This document shows positions 28,224 through 31,766 of a stretch of 31,766 nt of DNA, in pieces. The notes beneath the pieces are model-generated. The model was not told the origin of the DNA. It saw only the letters and a program-made list of their open reading frames with translations, and did not search any database. The DNA comes from Promethearchaeota archaeon (GTDB lineage: Archaea > Asgardarchaeota > Lokiarchaeia > Sigyniarchaeales > SOKP01). Numbering within the stretch: the first letter of the stretch is position 1; every line of letters starts with the position of its first letter. The position numbers and the translations under genes were made by a program. The DNA is taken from the NCBI GenBank assembly GCA_004524535.1, contig SDNY01000034.1, forward strand, positions 1 to 31,766, read 5' to 3'.

Positions 28224-29024
28224 TTAGCCCTCCAATAATTTATTTAAAAGTAATTCATAATCATCAATTAAAAATTGCTCAAGAAAAGCATTGTTATGAG
28301 CATGAATTAATGCTACCATCACTTCTTTTAAATTTTTAGCATTTTTAGCATATTTTAATAGATTTTCTGGTGTGGGATCACTAGAAAATTCTCTCGCTTG
28401 TTGTTCAAAACCAAATTTCTTCAATTCAGGCAAGGAGTTAAAAAATCCAAATGAAGAATAACCTTGATGCTGAAAAAAGACAAAAAATCTCGACTTAATC
28501 GATTTAATAATCTCCGTTAAATAAACGCTTGGATAAATTTCACCTAAAATTAAATCCTCGTCTTGATTAATTACGAAATAGGGGGATATAGGAGATACTT
28601 GGCTTCCGTACATTTCTCTTGGAGGTAGCGAAATAAAAGGTAATTTTTCTTCCACTATGGTCCATAAATCTTCTCTTTTCTTCTCTGCTAAAATATCTTT
28701 AATTTCATCATAGGCAAAGTAGAAATCAGATTGAAGTGATAACAATGAACTGAGATATACTGATAAGGATGCAAAAGTTGCTTCTAAAAGAGGACGCCTT
28801 CCACTATCGGTAGGTTTAGCAGCGCCCTTCCAAGCTCGAAGTGCGCTGTAAGCAAACCCCTTAACGTCGAAAAACTGTCCTGATAGAAATATAAAAGATG
28901 GGGCCTCGCCTTCAGGAGAGGATAAAAATTGAGATGCCTTATTGATTAATAAGTCTTGTATTTTTTGATCGTTGAATTTAGAGTGGACTTTCGGCATTAT
29001 TAGCCATTTTTGTTTTTTTGCCAA
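28224..29024 (-). CDS. Hypothetical protein closely linked to the GTPase
   Basis: 266 aa; ends 2 nt before the GTPase ATG; GGAGTG leader. Confidence 0.8.
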   Translation of the reverse strand: MAKKQKWLIMPKVHSKFNDQKIQDLLINKASQFLSSPEGEAPSFIFLSGQFFDVKGFAYSALRAWKGAAKPTDSGRRPLLEATFASLSVYLSSLLSLQSDFYFAYDEIKDILAEKKREDLWTIVEEKLPFISLPPREMYGSQVSPISPYFVINQDEDLILGEIYPSVYLTEIIKSIKSRFFVFFQHQGYSSFGFFNSLPELKKFGFEQQAREFSSDPTPENLLKYAKNAKNLKEVMVALIHAHNNAFLEQFLIDDYELLLNKLLEG

Positions 29025-29164
29025 GATTGATACACTCCATTTATTTTAATACAATTAATAAAAATTGCTGAAATTTTAACTTTTCGTGTTATAATTAATC
29101 AATAAATATAAATATATAATTTTAGCGATTAGTGAAATATTTATTCATTGTCAATTTGTCATAA

Positions 29165-29764
29165 TTAAGGAGTTAACAGCTGTTTTATTTTTGAAGTTAT
29201 TAAATCGTAATCGTTAATCGATTTTAAATTTGAGATTTCAATATTTTCGATTATATCTGTGTCTTTGAAATATTTATAATTTAATTTCAAATCAGGATTT
29301 TTCTCTTTAATTTTGATTAATGCGCCTCTTAAAAAAATATTAATAAAATCTTCAGAAGTTTCTCTAATTGGATTTTTTGAAGGATTGGTAAATTTAATTA
29401 TAACTAAATTGAAATCAATAAATTTTAAAACACATAATAATTCTTGATCATCTTTAGAAAATATTTTTCTTTTGATACTACTTCCTTTAAGGTTATCTTT
29501 TTGAATTTCTTCTTTGAATAATTCGTTCATTGGCACTGTATTTATTTGATCCAAAGCTTTATGATATATTTCGTCTGCGCTATGAAAAGATTTGCTTGAA
29601 ACCATAGAATTAAGATAGTTTAGGACATTTTTTAATTCAGAGATTTCAACTTGCAATTCATCGATCTGCTCTTTTTTTTTATAGTAAAGGTTCTGAATAG
29701 TACTTAGAATTTTTGTCAATTTCTCTATTTCTGAATCTTTTTCACTATTTTCCATTGAATTCAT
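29165..29764 (-). CDS. Hypothetical protein with N-terminal coiled coil
   Basis: 199-aa ORF with heptad-like N-terminus. Confidence 0.75.
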   Translation of the reverse strand: MNSMENSEKDSEIEKLTKILSTIQNLYYKKKEQIDELQVEISELKNVLNYLNSMVSSKSFHSADEIYHKALDQINTVPMNELFKEEIQKDNLKGSSIKRKIFSKDDQELLCVLKFIDFNLVIIKFTNPSKNPIRETSEDFINIFLRGALIKIKEKNPDLKLNYKYFKDTDIIENIEISNLKSINDYDLITSKIKQLLTP

Positions 29765-29864
29765 ATATATTTTAATATTAATTAAAGATATTTTATATTA
29801 ATTTTATATAACTTTATTTATAAAAATTCAATCTAATTATCATTTTTTTATCGTTAGAATTATA

Positions 29865-30725
29865 ATGCTATCAATGATAATAACTCCGAAACCAGAGGAC
29901 CCTGAAGTACAAATTTTAACTGAAGAATTAAATAAAAGGGATTATAAGGTAAATTACTTTATTCCTTCAAATATTAAAGTAAAAGTAAATATAGACAAAT
30001 TTGAAAAACAGTTTAAAGATCTTGAGCCAATGAGAGCCCTCGTTAGAGGTTTTGGAGCATGTGCTCCACAGAGGATTTTCTTTAGACTTGATATTTTAAG
30101 AGCGATTGAAGAACATGGAGTCAGATTAATAAACTCGAGAGAAGCTTTAGAATTGGCGAGCGATAAATTTTTAACATCTATAATTTTAGAAAAAAACAAT
30201 ATACAAACACCAAAGACAATAATTTGCGAAGATCCTAAAGAGGCACTAGACTCTTTTGAAGAACTCGGAAATGATGTTGTTTTAAAACCGTTATTCGGGT
30301 CAAAAGGAATTGGTATAACTCGATTGAACGATAAAGCTTTTGCCGAAAACGTCATATACAGTTTAGGACATTTAAATGAAATCTTCTACTTGCAAGAATT
30401 TATTGAGCATTACAATCGAGATATTAGAATTTTAGTTGTTGGTGATAAGGCAATTGCGGGTATGTACAGAGTAAGTGATAGCTGGAAAACTAATATTCAC
30501 GCCGGAGCACGAATGGAATCTATAGAACTAACTAATGAATTAAAAGCCCTTGCTATTAATGCGGCAAAAGCAGTTAAGACCGAAATCGCTGGAGTTGACG
30601 TTGTTGAAAGTGAAAAAGGACTTTATGTATTAGAAGTGAATTCAATTCCCGGATTCACTGCGCTGCAAAAAGTTACAGATATTAATATTGCTGAAGAAAT
30701 TATAAATTATTTTTTAGAAAGTTGA
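29865..30725 (+). CDS. RimK-family ATP-grasp alpha-L-glutamate ligase (MptN/CofF-like)
   Basis: DKF, VLKPLFGSKGIG, YLQEFI, DIR, WKTNIHAG, AGVD, LEVNSIPG. Confidence 0.93.
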   Translation: MLSMIITPKPEDPEVQILTEELNKRDYKVNYFIPSNIKVKVNIDKFEKQFKDLEPMRALVRGFGACAPQRIFFRLDILRAIEEHGVRLINSREALELASDKFLTSIILEKNNIQTPKTIICEDPKEALDSFEELGNDVVLKPLFGSKGIGITRLNDKAFAENVIYSLGHLNEIFYLQEFIEHYNRDIRILVVGDKAIAGMYRVSDSWKTNIHAGARMESIELTNELKALAINAAKAVKTEIAGVDVVESEKGLYVLEVNSIPGFTALQKVTDINIAEEIINYFLES

Positions 30726-30887
30726 TAATAAAGCGTTAATATTAAAAATGGAGAATAAATCTCAAATACTAAAGTAAAATTATAAGGCGTTCCAATTATG
30801 ATAAAATTTTTTTAAAAGATTGCAAATAGTTAAATAATTAAGGAATATTAGAATAGTAATAATAAATATTTTAATGGTGATTAAAGT

Positions 30888-31025
30888 ATGGGAGAAGAAG
30901 AAAAAAAGAAAAAAGGCGGTTTTAAGGATAAATTGAAGAAAGGTATGAAAAACGTATCTAAAAAAGTAAAGAAAAAAGGAGCTAAAGCAGCTAAATCAGC
31001 TGTAAAAGACATAGAAGCAGATTAA
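30888..31025 (+). CDS. 45-aa lysine-rich microprotein
   Basis: MGEEEKKKKGGFKDKLKKGMKNVSKKVKKKGAKAAKSAVKDIEAD; GGTGA leader; T-rich tract downstream. Confidence 0.7.
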   Translation: MGEEEKKKKGGFKDKLKKGMKNVSKKVKKKGAKAAKSAVKDIEAD

Positions 31026-31183
31026 GGAATTAATTAATATTTCTTTCATTTTTTTTTATTACTTATTTTCTTTTATTAATTTATATCAATTTTAAACAAG
31101 GATATCTTTAAAGTTTTCTAATGCTAAAATATAAGAGATTATTTATTTTACTGCCATTATTTATTTTTACTTATATCGCAATA

Positions 31184-31766
31184 ATGTTTTATTTTCAAGC
31201 TAAACAAATTTATGCTCTAGAATCACTTGAGTTAGCAAGTAACCGAATAATAATGATTGTTTTTTTTAACTTGTTCGTTTACTCTCTCATTTTTTTTATC
31301 GATATAACATATTACAGACGAATATTTTTAATTATTTTAATCATAATTACAGCAATTTGGTTAATTGAATTAATTACTTGGGCTTATTTAGATTTAACAC
31401 CCATCTCACTTCAATATGGGCTTTTCTGGGAAATTATATTACTTTTATCATTTTCTCTAATAGGTCAAGGATTAATCATTTACATAATATATTATATTAG
31501 GAAAACCTCGACAAAATATAGTGAAGCGAAAGTTTTGGGGAGATATCATATACACGAAGGCTTCATTGGCATTCTTTTCATTGTTATTGCCTTGTTTTTA
31601 TTTAGATTACGTTCTTCCCTACTCTTTTTAAACGATATATTATGGAAAAGATACTATATTATATTATGGTTAGTTCAGATATTTCTATTTATATTCATAT
31701 ATTTAGGGAGTTTTCTTTTCTTTAGGGATTGGCATGATGTATTAAAGTTTAAATTTATAGAAAAAA
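31184..31766 (+). CDS. Membrane protein, partial (runs off the window)
   Basis: Open frame from ATG 31184 to the edge; several hydrophobic helices; GRYHIHEGFIG. Confidence 0.75.
   Translation, partial: MFYFQAKQIYALESLELASNRIIMIVFFNLFVYSLIFFIDITYYRRIFLIILIIITAIWLIELITWAYLDLTPISLQYGLFWEIILLLSFSLIGQGLIIYIIYYIRKTSTKYSEAKVLGRYHIHEGFIGILFIVIALFLFRLRSSLLFLNDILWKRYYIILWLVQIFLFIFIYLGSFLFFRDWHDVLKFKFIEK

Noticed and set aside
428-30355. Antisense and nested ORFs in the track (e.g. 428-922, 2610-2849, 7943-8143, 13734-13967, 13980-14207, 22431-22688, 27974-28339, 29954-30355)
   Set aside because: Shadows of well-supported genes on the opposite strand, with no motifs

Overview
AT-rich archaeal window, most likely Asgard/Lokiarchaeia. 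This is inferred from the gene content (MglA-like small GTPase, Loki-CTERM-like peptide, Smc5/6-like operon, GGAGG/AGGTG leaders) and is not proven. Layout: (1) metabolic genes at 0.2-7.3 kb (GPH-type MFS transporter, pyruvate kinase, ferredoxin-nitroreductase, methyltransferase, HD protein); (2) an arsenic-resistance island at 7.6-15 kb (three ArsR, DUF5714, a ubiquitin-like protein, ArsM fusion, Acr3, an inserted frameshifted nuclease-like gene); (3) a toxin-antitoxin and duplication zone at 15.2-20.4 kb; (4) a degenerate AAA / SMC / kleisin / KITE operon; (5) a TA pair, small GTPase, RimK-type ligase and small ORFs. Top observation: the apparently broken acr3 gene is interrupted by two short inserts (33 nt and 31 nt). 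Both fold as archaeal bulge-helix-bulge (BHB) splice motifs and share a GAUUUAC loop. Cutting at the canonical endonuclease positions restores an intact 362-aa Acr3, so these are candidate tRNA-type introns in a protein-coding mRNA. Second: two copies of a eukaryote-like SECIS/K-turn hairpin lie in 3' UTR position in the same island, one downstream of a gene ending Gly-Cys-UGA-UGA.
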